NCBI GenBank assembly: GCA_964562155.1 | Contig: CAZLRU010000001.1 | Span: 9,574 to 73,573 of the forward strand | Direction of reading: 5' to 3' | DNA: 64,000 nt | Source of the DNA: an uncultured Gammaproteobacteria bacterium | GTDB lineage: Bacteria; Patescibacteriota; Patescibacteriia; 2-12-FULL-60-25 | Shown here: in pieces, positions 53,101-60,707 of the stretch | Layout of the letters: the number at the start of each line of letters is the position of its first letter | Numbering within the stretch: position 1 is the stretch's first letter | Program-made: the position numbers and the translations under genes | Notes under the pieces: generated by a model | What the model saw: the letters and a program-made list of their open reading frames with translations, nothing else | The model's database searches: none | What the model was told of the DNA's origin: nothing

Positions 53101-53216
53101 TGCCGCAGGCTTGGCGCACGAAATGGACGACACCGGTTTCAGACACTCCTATGGATTATCAGGCTCTTTGGGATCGTGATGCTATTTTGGCGGGATTGTT
53201 TGATGCGCGGCCTTAG
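50160..53216 (+). CDS. DUF4012 domain-containing giant membrane protein
   Basis: 1018 aa. The start codon overlaps the GT4 stop (TAATG). There is one internal TM (IRVMVGFIALLLIVSIPAGAV). The motif FQNHAELRPTGGFMGSIAEVTFDRG is the DUF4012 signature as I remember it. Confidence 0.8.
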   Translation: MARISHVGGSRRLSRQARSLQEERSFQLETQLFQVIERDGVRISTPLLQEADMSQRAKRGIRRRARAKVSQEARLETKLITDLSSGSPVHPITVLDQVLLASIQAQRAVTSQTRSVDSPARLSSAAVPVRFSEHAPSDHVLAFHVPARPMIQVARDPFGQTVGEWVAPYQIPPSVEGMVAATQDLWIEEVDPRLFLEQFTPGEAQVAYAQRYHLLSKLIAPFIKWEVVEESASNSSTQVDDRVSLLEAESMPAEVEERGVVPQPFVAVSVIPESEALPLEDAAHNFRLVEEQFTPVDADDAYRGSYGLLARLKRQGARLLALFDRTAKDVEHQVVERVEVVEEEVEEVVQEVRETWSVPVLVPRLHTIRVMVGFIALLLIVSIPAGAVSLSRSFGSSVHDAKAQSAAALTDVQNALQGSGADQLQAWAQASERFGRAQESLLRANALALGLARALPQTRAQYDSVQALLVAGERTSQAAKLLVGGLSRALDDKNRLRTDERIGIFLTYVDYASPLMEEAVQALDTVQPDSLPLELRARVTELRSMVGHGQASFQDAKTLLEFLQAALGHEASRTYLFVFQNHAELRPTGGFMGSIAEVTFDRGDIHEIRVPGGGPYDLRNQLRRRVAPPGPLQLVGGRWEFQDANWFPDFPASADKIRWFWSQAGQPTLDGVIAINDRLLEQLLRVTGPIEMPEYGKTLTADNVIFELQKSVELEYDKAENKPKKIIGDLMPKLLARLKGGSREDWLALAELGLQALETKDVQVWMTRPEEEQLVERYDWNGRLKPTLGDALAIIEANIAGQKTDASIREQVDHQVEIAEDGSITDTVTLTRTHDAIKGELFKGANNVSYLRVYVPLGSRLLEADGFEAPSSSLFEIPLAEDLPDSDVARLVKDVESPIASVAVTHEFGRTAFGGWVQLRPGETRVTRFRYVLPFTAFDLAERTGEGQRTDGGALTRAAYLLLLTSQSGASRRTIHTHVQLPQAWRTKWTTPVSDTPMDYQALWDRDAILAGLFDARP

Positions 53217-53218
53217 CT

Positions 53219-55135
53219 ATGTCCTTGTTTCGCAGGCACAAGACCAAGCATCAGGAAGCGGGTTCTAGAAAAGACCAAGCGGTAATTGATCGTGGTTTAC
53301 GCGCTATCTATTTAGACGCCAAGGGTCAGGTTCCCAGCTTGGATACCTTTGAGCGCACGTCTTCTTGGAGAGTAGCTTGGGTGTTTGTGGTGGGTGGACT
53401 TGGGTGCTTGATATTGGCGGGGCTCGCGTGGGGTGGTTTTTGGTTGTTTGGTCGTGGGGCTCCTGTGGCGGCATCGGCTCTTGCGGTTGCGATTCAGGGT
53501 CCAGCTCAGGTGGCGCTGGGTGAAGAGCAGACGTATGAGCTTGTCTGGCATAATACGGACTCACAAATTCTGCGTGATGTTGAATTGCGCCTGAATGCTC
53601 CGTTGGATTTTACGGTAACCGCTCTTGAACCCGCTCCGAATGATCTCTCTTTGCGTCGTTGGCGGTTAGGTTTGGTTCAACCCGGTGCTACAGGGCATAT
53701 TTTTGTGAAAGGATTTTTCGTGGGATCGTTGGGGGAGCAGAGTGCTTTGCAGGTTTTGAGTACGTACCGTCCCAACGCGTCAGAAGGGTTATCTGAGCAA
53801 ACGCTTCTTCAGACGATTCGTTATAGTGGTACCGTCTTGGCAGGAAATATTTTATTTCCTGCACGGGTGTTGGCGGGTGAGCCCACGCAAATTCGATACG
53901 CTGTTGCTAATCTCGGCAAGCAGCCGCTTGATAGATTGCTGATTCGTTTTTCGTTTCCCGCTGGTTTTATTCCGAGTTCTAATACAACGGGGACGCGTAT
54001 TGATTTGGCGACGCGAACAGCTCTTTTTTCTGTCGGTACTCTCGCGCCCGGTTCGTTTTATACAGCGACCCTTCCGGGGTTGTTTGCCTCCGGTGTCAGC
54101 GGTGACGCGTTGTTTCAGGCGGAGACTGGTCGGTCTGATGTTGATGGAGGGTTATTGGTCGCTGCTCGCAGCGAGGCTCGTCTTGCCATTGCTCCCGGCG
54201 ATGTGACGGTACAACTGGTGGTTAATGGAGGGGATACAGCTCGTTCGATTGAACCTGGAGAGCCGATTCGAGCGACCTTGGCCTACGAAAATGTGAGCAA
54301 TACTCCTGTTCGTGATGTAAAGATCAGTGTTCAACTTGAATCGGTGGTTAATGGTCGTTCCGCTACAGGCACATCTCTCGTGAATTGGATGCGTGTGGAT
54401 GATCCTCGACAAGGCACGTCCAGTACCAGAGCACGTTTTCAGACTCTTACTTATGACAAATCAACCATTCCTTTGTTAGCGGAACTCCCGCCTCGTGGAC
54501 GTGGCACGATTGAGATTGGTTGGCCTACGTTACCGGTAGCCAGTGGTACGAAGGATGCTCTCATCCGTGTCAGTTCTCAAACTCAGGCGTTTGTGGCGGG
54601 GGAGACCGCTCCCCGACTCATTCGTTCTCAGCCGATTATTCTTACATATAGGACGGATGCGCATGTATCGGTTGAGTCGCGTTATTTTACAGAGGAAGGA
54701 GCGCCTCTTGGAGCCGGTCCTTTGCCGCCGGTGATGGGGAAAATGACCTCGTATCGTATTTATTGGAACCTTCATAAAACGTTGCATGATCTTAGTGAGG
54801 CCAGCGTCACGGCGGTTTTGCCAAAAATCGTCGCCTGGACAGGTAAAGCGGAAGCTTCGGTGGGAGTTGTGGTGTACGATGAAAAAACTCGAACAGTTCG
54901 TTGGGATATGGGTCGAGTTGGGGAAAATGTGCATGATGCGCAAGGTTGGTTTGAGGTCGCGCTTACGCCTCAGTCTATTGATGTTGGACGCTTCGCTTCA
55001 CTACTTGGAGAAACATCCTTTGATGCTCAGGATGCGCGTTTAAATGAACATATTCATACTACGAGAGCAGCTCTGACAACTGATTTAGCTGATGATGAAG
55101 GCGCCAGAGGAAAGGGAGTTGTGAGAAAAGAGTAA
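53219..55135 (+). CDS. Membrane-anchored surface protein with repeated beta-sandwich (DUF11/CARDB-like) modules; paralog of 116..1768
   Basis: 638 aa. N-terminal TM (VAWVFVVGGLGCLILAGLAWGGFWLF). Its C-terminal module is shared with 116..1768 (GAGPLPPVMGKMTSYRIYW ... DDEGARGKGVV). Confidence 0.75.
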   Translation: MSLFRRHKTKHQEAGSRKDQAVIDRGLRAIYLDAKGQVPSLDTFERTSSWRVAWVFVVGGLGCLILAGLAWGGFWLFGRGAPVAASALAVAIQGPAQVALGEEQTYELVWHNTDSQILRDVELRLNAPLDFTVTALEPAPNDLSLRRWRLGLVQPGATGHIFVKGFFVGSLGEQSALQVLSTYRPNASEGLSEQTLLQTIRYSGTVLAGNILFPARVLAGEPTQIRYAVANLGKQPLDRLLIRFSFPAGFIPSSNTTGTRIDLATRTALFSVGTLAPGSFYTATLPGLFASGVSGDALFQAETGRSDVDGGLLVAARSEARLAIAPGDVTVQLVVNGGDTARSIEPGEPIRATLAYENVSNTPVRDVKISVQLESVVNGRSATGTSLVNWMRVDDPRQGTSSTRARFQTLTYDKSTIPLLAELPPRGRGTIEIGWPTLPVASGTKDALIRVSSQTQAFVAGETAPRLIRSQPIILTYRTDAHVSVESRYFTEEGAPLGAGPLPPVMGKMTSYRIYWNLHKTLHDLSEASVTAVLPKIVAWTGKAEASVGVVVYDEKTRTVRWDMGRVGENVHDAQGWFEVALTPQSIDVGRFASLLGETSFDAQDARLNEHIHTTRAALTTDLADDEGARGKGVVRKE

Positions 55136-55241
55136 CGAAAAGATGCTAGATATTCCTTTGTTCAGAAGGTACGTGTACATGGTCTTTATGGAGAGGTATG
55201 AGGAGAGAAAAAGATGTGCTATTATATGAGTGCTCTTTTCT

Positions 55242-56564
55242 ATGACATTACGTGGTTCTCGTCGTCCGCATGTTGTGCCTATTACGGCTCCCTCTTTCCC
55301 TACAGCACCTCGGACAAATATTTATCGTAATATTGCGTATAGTTTTATTGCCTTCACGGTAGTGGTTGTCTTAGCTGTGCTATGGCTTTCTTCTGCTCGT
55401 GCTACGGTTTTGATTAAGACTAAGCGCACCCCTATCTCGTATGAGGGAACAGTGGACATCGCTCATCAGCCTCAGCCTGGACAAATTCCGGGTCGAGTGG
55501 TCGAAGGTGTCTTCGAAAAAATTCAAGAATTTCCGGTGGGTGCGTCGGTGACTACGACTACACCGCTCATTGTTCCTTCTTCGCCCGTCGTTCCAACTCC
55601 TCCTCCGTCCACAACTCCCCCCACGAACACAACCGTAACGGCGCGTGGGACTGTGCGTGTCTATAATAAATACTCAAAGCCACAAACACTCATTCGGACC
55701 ACGCGTTTACTTACTTCAGATCAAAAACTCTATCGTATTGATCAGACGATCCGTTTGCAGCCGGGAGAATCTATCGAGGTTCCAGTGTATGCGGATAAGC
55801 CGGGGGCAGAGTTTGTCATTGGACCCGCAAAGTTTACGATCCCTGGGTTATTTGTTGATTTACAGAAGTATATCTACGCAGAGTCTATCACGCCGTTTCA
55901 AGCTATAAGTACCACCGCTCCTTCAACGGCTCCTGTTGCCACGGCTCCTCCTGCGGTGATTACGCCCCCCGTTGCTCGTTCAACGAGTGGAAGAATCGTG
56001 ACGCAGGCCGATTTGGATGCGGCAGAGCAGGTTTTGACGCAGGCGGTGTTAGAGCAGGCTAAGAAAACCTTGGGAGCGGACTTGGGAGATCTGACGCGTA
56101 TGGATGTGGTTTATTTGGTCAAAAAAGCTGATCGTTTTAAAACCAATGTTTCTGCTGGTCAGTCCTCGGACACGTTTCTCGCCTCTTTAAAACTCGATGT
56201 GACGGCAGTCTTTTATCCAAAAGAAGATGTTTTGTCGCTTGTTCGTCTTAAACTCAAAGAGAAAATCCCTAATGAGCGCGAGTTTCTTCCTCCTCCGACG
56301 GGGAATGGATTTAGCTTCGATGTGCAAGTCGCTGATGCTAAAACAGAGCTCGCGACCATCCATATTAAAGCAGACGGGGCTTACCGTTTAACCTCTTCTA
56401 GTCCCGGTTTACAAAAATCCGTTGTGGCGGGTAAAGAGCCGGCCGAGGCGGTGGCTATTCTTAAGTCGATCGAAGGTGTAGAAGATGCACAGGTCATGGT
56501 AAGACCTAAGTGGTTTGGTAAGATTCCGACATTGAAAGATCGTATTGATATCAAGATTGAATAG
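55242..56564 (+). CDS. Hypothetical membrane-anchored protein
   Basis: Track ORF 55230..56564; ATG at 55242. It has an N-terminal TM (IAYSFIAFTVVVVLAVLWL), Pro/Thr-rich linkers and beta-rich domains. Confidence 0.65.
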   Translation: MTLRGSRRPHVVPITAPSFPTAPRTNIYRNIAYSFIAFTVVVVLAVLWLSSARATVLIKTKRTPISYEGTVDIAHQPQPGQIPGRVVEGVFEKIQEFPVGASVTTTTPLIVPSSPVVPTPPPSTTPPTNTTVTARGTVRVYNKYSKPQTLIRTTRLLTSDQKLYRIDQTIRLQPGESIEVPVYADKPGAEFVIGPAKFTIPGLFVDLQKYIYAESITPFQAISTTAPSTAPVATAPPAVITPPVARSTSGRIVTQADLDAAEQVLTQAVLEQAKKTLGADLGDLTRMDVVYLVKKADRFKTNVSAGQSSDTFLASLKLDVTAVFYPKEDVLSLVRLKLKEKIPNEREFLPPPTGNGFSFDVQVADAKTELATIHIKADGAYRLTSSSPGLQKSVVAGKEPAEAVAILKSIEGVEDAQVMVRPKWFGKIPTLKDRIDIKIE

Positions 56565-56638
56565 CAATGCAAAAGAACGGCCAATGCCGTTCTTTTTGAT
56601 CTCATGTTCATTTCTTTTTTAAAACGAACGGTTGGTTG

Positions 56639-57724
56639 TTAGAGTTCTAGATTGGTGTGATCACCCAGAATCAGGCGTTGGCGTTGAGCGGGATGTTGTT
56701 TTACGCTGGCTTTCTCTCCGATCATGCTGTTATGAATGGTGAGGGGGGCATCGATGTAACAATTATTGAACAGGATTGAATCTTGAATAGTGGCTTGTTT
56801 AATGGTGGAACCGGTGCCGATGGTCGTGTGCGGAAGAATACTACAATTTTCTAACGTACAATTTTCTCCGATCATGGCTGGGCCTTGAATGCGTACATTT
56901 GGACCGATGGTTGTTCCTAGTCCGACATGCACATTTCCTTCAATTTTGGCACTTGGATCGATTTCGCCTTCGCGCTTAAAGCTTGTAGCAGGGAGCTGGT
57001 CCAGGAGAAGGCCGTTGGCGTGCACGAGGTCGTCGGGACGACCAGTATCTTTCCAGAATCCCGTGATCTCTTGATGACCGATCTTATAGCCTTGTTTGAT
57101 AAGTTCTGAATGAATGCTGGATATTTCGTATTCGCCTCGCGCGCTTTTTTGAATTCGTTCGAAGGTGGAAAAGAAGATGTTTGGACCGTAAAGATAGATT
57201 CCTGTTACGGCGTAGGGGGAGGGGGGATTGATTGGCTTTTCCACTACGTCGATGAGTTTTCCTGCGTCGTTAAAGACGGGCACGCCAAATGATCGCCCGT
57301 CTTCGACGCGTGAGAGAGCGAGGACGCAGTCATGATTGTTCTGCTCAAACTCAGCAACGAGTTCTCGCAAGCTTCCTAAAATAATATTATCCGATAGATA
57401 GAAGATGAAGGGATCGCCGCCAATGAATTTCTGCGCTTCTTTGACGACATGAGCGATCCCTTGCGGTCCACCGGTCTGTTCAAAATACTGGATTTTGATG
57501 CCCCAGTGTCCGCCATCGCCTACCATGTCACGGATGGCGGTTTCGCCTGGGTTCATGTTAATAAACACCTCCTCTACTCCGACTTCTACCACTTTATCGA
57601 TTGCATGAAAAATCATCGGCTTGTTGGCCAATGGAATCAAGTGTTTATTGATGGTGGCGGTGATGGGGCGCAAACGTGTGGCGCGACCACCTCCGGTTAG
57701 AATAGCTTTGCGGATTCGATGCAT
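56639..57724 (-). CDS. Sugar-1-phosphate nucleotidyltransferase (RmlA/GlmU-like, with C-terminal left-handed beta-helix)
   Basis: AILTGGGRATRLRPITATINKHLIPLANKPMI is the G-x-G-x-R-L signature. The C-terminus has hexapeptide repeats. Confidence 0.88.
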   Translation of the reverse strand: MHRIRKAILTGGGRATRLRPITATINKHLIPLANKPMIFHAIDKVVEVGVEEVFINMNPGETAIRDMVGDGGHWGIKIQYFEQTGGPQGIAHVVKEAQKFIGGDPFIFYLSDNIILGSLRELVAEFEQNNHDCVLALSRVEDGRSFGVPVFNDAGKLIDVVEKPINPPSPYAVTGIYLYGPNIFFSTFERIQKSARGEYEISSIHSELIKQGYKIGHQEITGFWKDTGRPDDLVHANGLLLDQLPATSFKREGEIDPSAKIEGNVHVGLGTTIGPNVRIQGPAMIGENCTLENCSILPHTTIGTGSTIKQATIQDSILFNNCYIDAPLTIHNSMIGEKASVKQHPAQRQRLILGDHTNLEL

Positions 57725-57728
57725 ATCA

Positions 57729-58823
57729 TTACCAACGGATCAAGGGTTTCACGAGCTTCCAATAGCCCGACATGAGAGGGTTGCCGATGTAGCGTAGGAT
57801 GGGGTTCATGATGCGTTTCTCATCAAAATGGACTTCGCTGACGGCTTCTTTCAGAATTGTTTTATCTGTTTGTGTGCGCGTAGTTTGTATCCGTCGACGG
57901 GTGTCCATCCAGCCCGCCCAGTTGTTTGGGGTTAGCCAATAGCGATACGCACGGAGCTTTTCTTTTATCCACCCTTCTTTGAGGGCAAAGCCGAGAAGAC
58001 CAAGTTCCAGGATGATCCCCATGGGTAAGAGGAGAAGGAGAGTCGCGGGTTTGAAATAGATGAGCATTGTGCCTAGTCGATTCCGTTCGATGAAATAGAA
58101 CTTGAGTTGATTGCGGCTGAATTGATATTTATGATAAAAAATTGCGTCACGCACGACGACGTTGCGATACCCCAGTGCTCGCATTCGTAGTCCGTATGAG
58201 AGATCTTCGTGATAAAGAAAAAATTGTTCATCTAAGCCTCCGTGAGTGCGCACGAGCTCGCTTCGCAGTAGAAGAGCGGCGCCACTTGCGAATCCTACCG
58301 AGGTTACAGGTGAAAGGGCTAGGTGATCTTTTGGGAGACGGAAGGACTGGCAGTAGCCCAGTCCTAAATAGTGAAAGGCATTTCCCGCACTGTTCACTAA
58401 TTGTGTTTCCGGATAGAGGAGGAGCAAGCATTGAGCCGAGCCGATGGTTTTATCGGCTTCCATGGTTTCTACCAGGGTATTCAAGGCGTTACCGGCTAAA
58501 AATCCGTCTTGGTTATGGAGAAAGATGTAGTCGTAATTGTTTTTTGTTGCCCAGGCGATGCCCGCGTTGCATCCCCCGCTAAAGCCAAGATTTTCTGTTT
58601 GAGGCAGAAGAATGACGTTTGGAAAATCCTGATCAGAGAGGGGGAGGACCTGTTCTTGTAAGAATCGCATGGATGAGCCGTGCTCTGGGTGAGGGTTATC
58701 GACGATGATGAGTGTCATCCGATCTTTGGGGTACCTTATTTTGCGTAGGGACGACAAAATATCCTGAATATAGGATTCAGAGTGATAAGAAACCAGGATG
58801 ATCGCGACTCTCGGCAAGGACAT
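57729..58823 (-). CDS. Family 2 glycosyltransferase (rhamnosyltransferase-like)
   Basis: VAIILVSYHS...IIVDN...GFSGGCNAG...LHNQD are GT2 motifs. Confidence 0.88.
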   Translation of the reverse strand: MSLPRVAIILVSYHSESYIQDILSSLRKIRYPKDRMTLIIVDNPHPEHGSSMRFLQEQVLPLSDQDFPNVILLPQTENLGFSGGCNAGIAWATKNNYDYIFLHNQDGFLAGNALNTLVETMEADKTIGSAQCLLLLYPETQLVNSAGNAFHYLGLGYCQSFRLPKDHLALSPVTSVGFASGAALLLRSELVRTHGGLDEQFFLYHEDLSYGLRMRALGYRNVVVRDAIFYHKYQFSRNQLKFYFIERNRLGTMLIYFKPATLLLLLPMGIILELGLLGFALKEGWIKEKLRAYRYWLTPNNWAGWMDTRRRIQTTRTQTDKTILKEAVSEVHFDEKRIMNPILRYIGNPLMSGYWKLVKPLIRW

Positions 58824-58865
58824 ATGGGTATCTTACGGGGGTAGGGGATTGTGTCAACCACGGGG

Positions 58866-59705
58866 TTATTTTGGTTGGGTGGCGGCTTTTTGTTGTGTTT
58901 TTACCCATTCAGCCCCAAAGAGGAGGGCTTGAGCTGAGTAAAATATCCATACTAATAAGGCGACAAGAGAGCCGGCCGCTCCGTAGATGGATTGTAGGCT
59001 GCTATGAGCTAAATACAGGCCAAATAGATATTTTTCTAGACCGAATAACAACGATACTCCTGTCGCGGCTGGCCAGACATGTTTCCAGGCGATGGAGGTG
59101 TCGGGAAGGGTTTTTAAGAGGATTCCGGAGAGGAGTGTGAGAATGCTTAGTGATAAGAGTTGATGGATCAGGGACCAGAGCCAGGCCGAGGCTAGCAGGT
59201 TAGGGAAGAGGACGTTTTTACCGGCGGCGAGCAAGGCATTTAATCCTAACGAGGCAATCAGCAGTATCCCGGTGGCGACTACTAACAGAAAGAGCCAAAG
59301 ATGCCGCTTAAGAATGGTTTTCCAGGAAGTCTTTTGAGGCGTTATATGCCAAATCACATTTAACGCATTTTTAAGCTGTTTAAATATCCCAATCGATCCT
59401 ATTAAGGTAAGAAACATTCCGATCAGGAAGGCTGGTCCGCTTTTTGAGGCTAAGCTTTTTCCTGTAAGCATCTGTTGTATGAGGGTGGCGGCTTCATTGC
59501 CCAGGGCCGAGCGTAATTGATCAAAGAGCTGCTGGGTGGAGGACTGACTGTAGACGATACCCACGATGGCAAGGACGACGATAAGGAGCGGCGTGAGGGA
59601 GAAGAGCGTGTGATAGGTTAAGGCAGCGGCGAGTTCAGAGCCACGATCCTCCTTCCAGTGTTTATATGTCTCTTTTGCAAGCACCTGTATGGTGTGAAGC
59701 GACAT
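58866..59705 (-). CDS. YihY/BrkB family membrane protein
   Basis: Start MSLHTIQVLAKETYKHWKEDRGSELAAALTYHTLFSLTPLL at 59705, the typical YihY N-terminus. The C-terminus ends AQALLFGAEW. Confidence 0.85.
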   Translation of the reverse strand: MSLHTIQVLAKETYKHWKEDRGSELAAALTYHTLFSLTPLLIVVLAIVGIVYSQSSTQQLFDQLRSALGNEAATLIQQMLTGKSLASKSGPAFLIGMFLTLIGSIGIFKQLKNALNVIWHITPQKTSWKTILKRHLWLFLLVVATGILLIASLGLNALLAAGKNVLFPNLLASAWLWSLIHQLLSLSILTLLSGILLKTLPDTSIAWKHVWPAATGVSLLFGLEKYLFGLYLAHSSLQSIYGAAGSLVALLVWIFYSAQALLFGAEWVKTQQKAATQPK

Positions 59706-59710
59706 AGCGT

Positions 59711-60031
59711 TTATGAGAGAGTGTTGTTCTTTTTCTTTATTGTCTTTACGCCTATTCCTGCCAATGTGGCTCCGAGGAGCGTGGTTACAAGGCAGGTCCA
59801 GAGAGCGGGTATGCTCCAATCTGCTCCATGGAGTAATTGGAGAAATAATGCTCCGCTCAAAAATAACAAGCTAAGGATAAAGCACGGAATACTTAACAGG
59901 AGGCATCCAAGTCCGAGACTTAGCTGCTTGAGGTAGGGGCCAACTGGAGCGATGGCTCGGGAGATGCTGTGAGCAACGGTTTCTTCGGTGCGTTCTAGGA
60001 TATATTTCGCAATAAGATTCAGGAGATTCAT
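59711..60031 (-). CDS. Small two-TM membrane protein (YqjE/holin-X-like, tentative)
   Basis: 106 aa with two hydrophobic helices. It lies immediately downstream of a DUF883/YqjD-like gene, the same order as E. coli yqjD-yqjE. Confidence 0.5.
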   Translation of the reverse strand: MNLLNLIAKYILERTEETVAHSISRAIAPVGPYLKQLSLGLGCLLLSIPCFILSLLFLSGALFLQLLHGADWSIPALWTCLVTTLLGATLAGIGVKTIKKKNNTLS

Positions 60032-60077
60032 AGACAGCAGATAACCTGGAATGTGATGGTTCCAGGTTATGGTTAGA

Positions 60078-60401
60078 TTAATCTCTGTTTCGTCTGCGGC
60101 AGCTCGTGAGGAGGAGGGCGGCGATGGCTCCTAGTGCGGCAGCCAAGCCGGCAACCTGCCAAGGATTCTGACGTGCATAGCGATCAGCGGTTTTGCGAGT
60201 TGTATCCCACTGCTCTTGGATCTCCTTGCCTTTATCTTGGGCCTGTTCTTTAAGATCTTCCCATTGTTCTTTTGCGGCTTCTACGTAGCGTTCTCCTTCT
60301 TGCTTTATCGTGTTCATGGTTTCTTGAGACTTGGTGGCGATGTGATCGAGATTGCGTGTCAAGCTGTTCTGGTTGGATTGATCGTTATTCTTGGGGTCCA
60401 T
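60078..60401 (-). CDS. DUF883 (ElaB/YqjD/YgaM-like) membrane-tethered stress protein
   Basis: 107 aa. It has a helical, charged N-part and the characteristic C-terminus ARQNPWQVAGLAAALGAIAALLL. Confidence 0.7.
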   Translation of the reverse strand: MDPKNNDQSNQNSLTRNLDHIATKSQETMNTIKQEGERYVEAAKEQWEDLKEQAQDKGKEIQEQWDTTRKTADRYARQNPWQVAGLAAALGAIAALLLTSCRRRNRD

Positions 60402-60518
60402 ATAGGTTGATGCTAAAAGAATAAAGTCCTCCTTTATTTATTCCATGCCTATTCGAAGAGAGTGTCAAGCGAATTTTTGTGAAAAGAAGTGCTTCGAGAG
60501 CTTCTCTCTAAGAGTATA

Positions 60519-60547
60519 TTGACAGGTGGTTCGTTGTATTTCATGAT
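60519..60547 (+). promoter_or_regulatory. Candidate promoter of the thrS leader
   Basis: TTGACA (60519-60524), 17-nt spacer, CATGAT (60542-60547). Confidence 0.5.
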
Positions 60548-60554
60548 AGATCCA

Positions 60555-60690
60555 TCCTCCGGACTCACCAACCGGCGTCGACAGTTCAAGATAATGAAGC
60601 CGTCCTGGTTCGTGCCAGGGAAGCCGGGTGGAACCGTCTGGTCATTTGACTGGATCCCGTGCGAAACATCATTGCGTGTTTCGTTTTTTG
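60555..60690 (+). promoter_or_regulatory. T-box riboswitch-like leader (Thr specifier ACC) with reduced Stem I
   Basis: - T-box motif GGGUGGAACCG at 60626-60636.
- Stem III CCUGG-UUCGUG-CCAGG at 60604-60619.
- Antiterminator: A1 GCCGGG/CCCG(U)GC, a 7-8 nt bulge UGGAACCG, and A2 UCUGGUC-AUUU-GACUGGA.
- Terminator at 60661-60690.
- Hairpin CCGG-ACUCACCAA-CCGG (60559-60575) presents ACC followed by A.
- The leader lies directly upstream of thrS. Confidence 0.65.
60661..60690 (+). terminator. Leader terminator of the T-box
   Basis: GCGAAACA-TCATTGCG-TGTTTCGT followed by TTTTTG. Confidence 0.6.
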
Positions 60691-60707
60691 TTTCTTCATT
60701 TTTTCCT

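Noticed and set aside
60489-60707. N-terminal 73-aa extension of thrS in the ORF track (similarly the extensions at 4949-5116, 9587-9688, 41383-41478, 44044-44172, 37715-37756 and 59706-59819)
   Set aside because: The extensions overlap upstream genes, terminators or the T-box leader, and they lack homology to the respective families. Internal ATGs coincide with the canonical N-termini.
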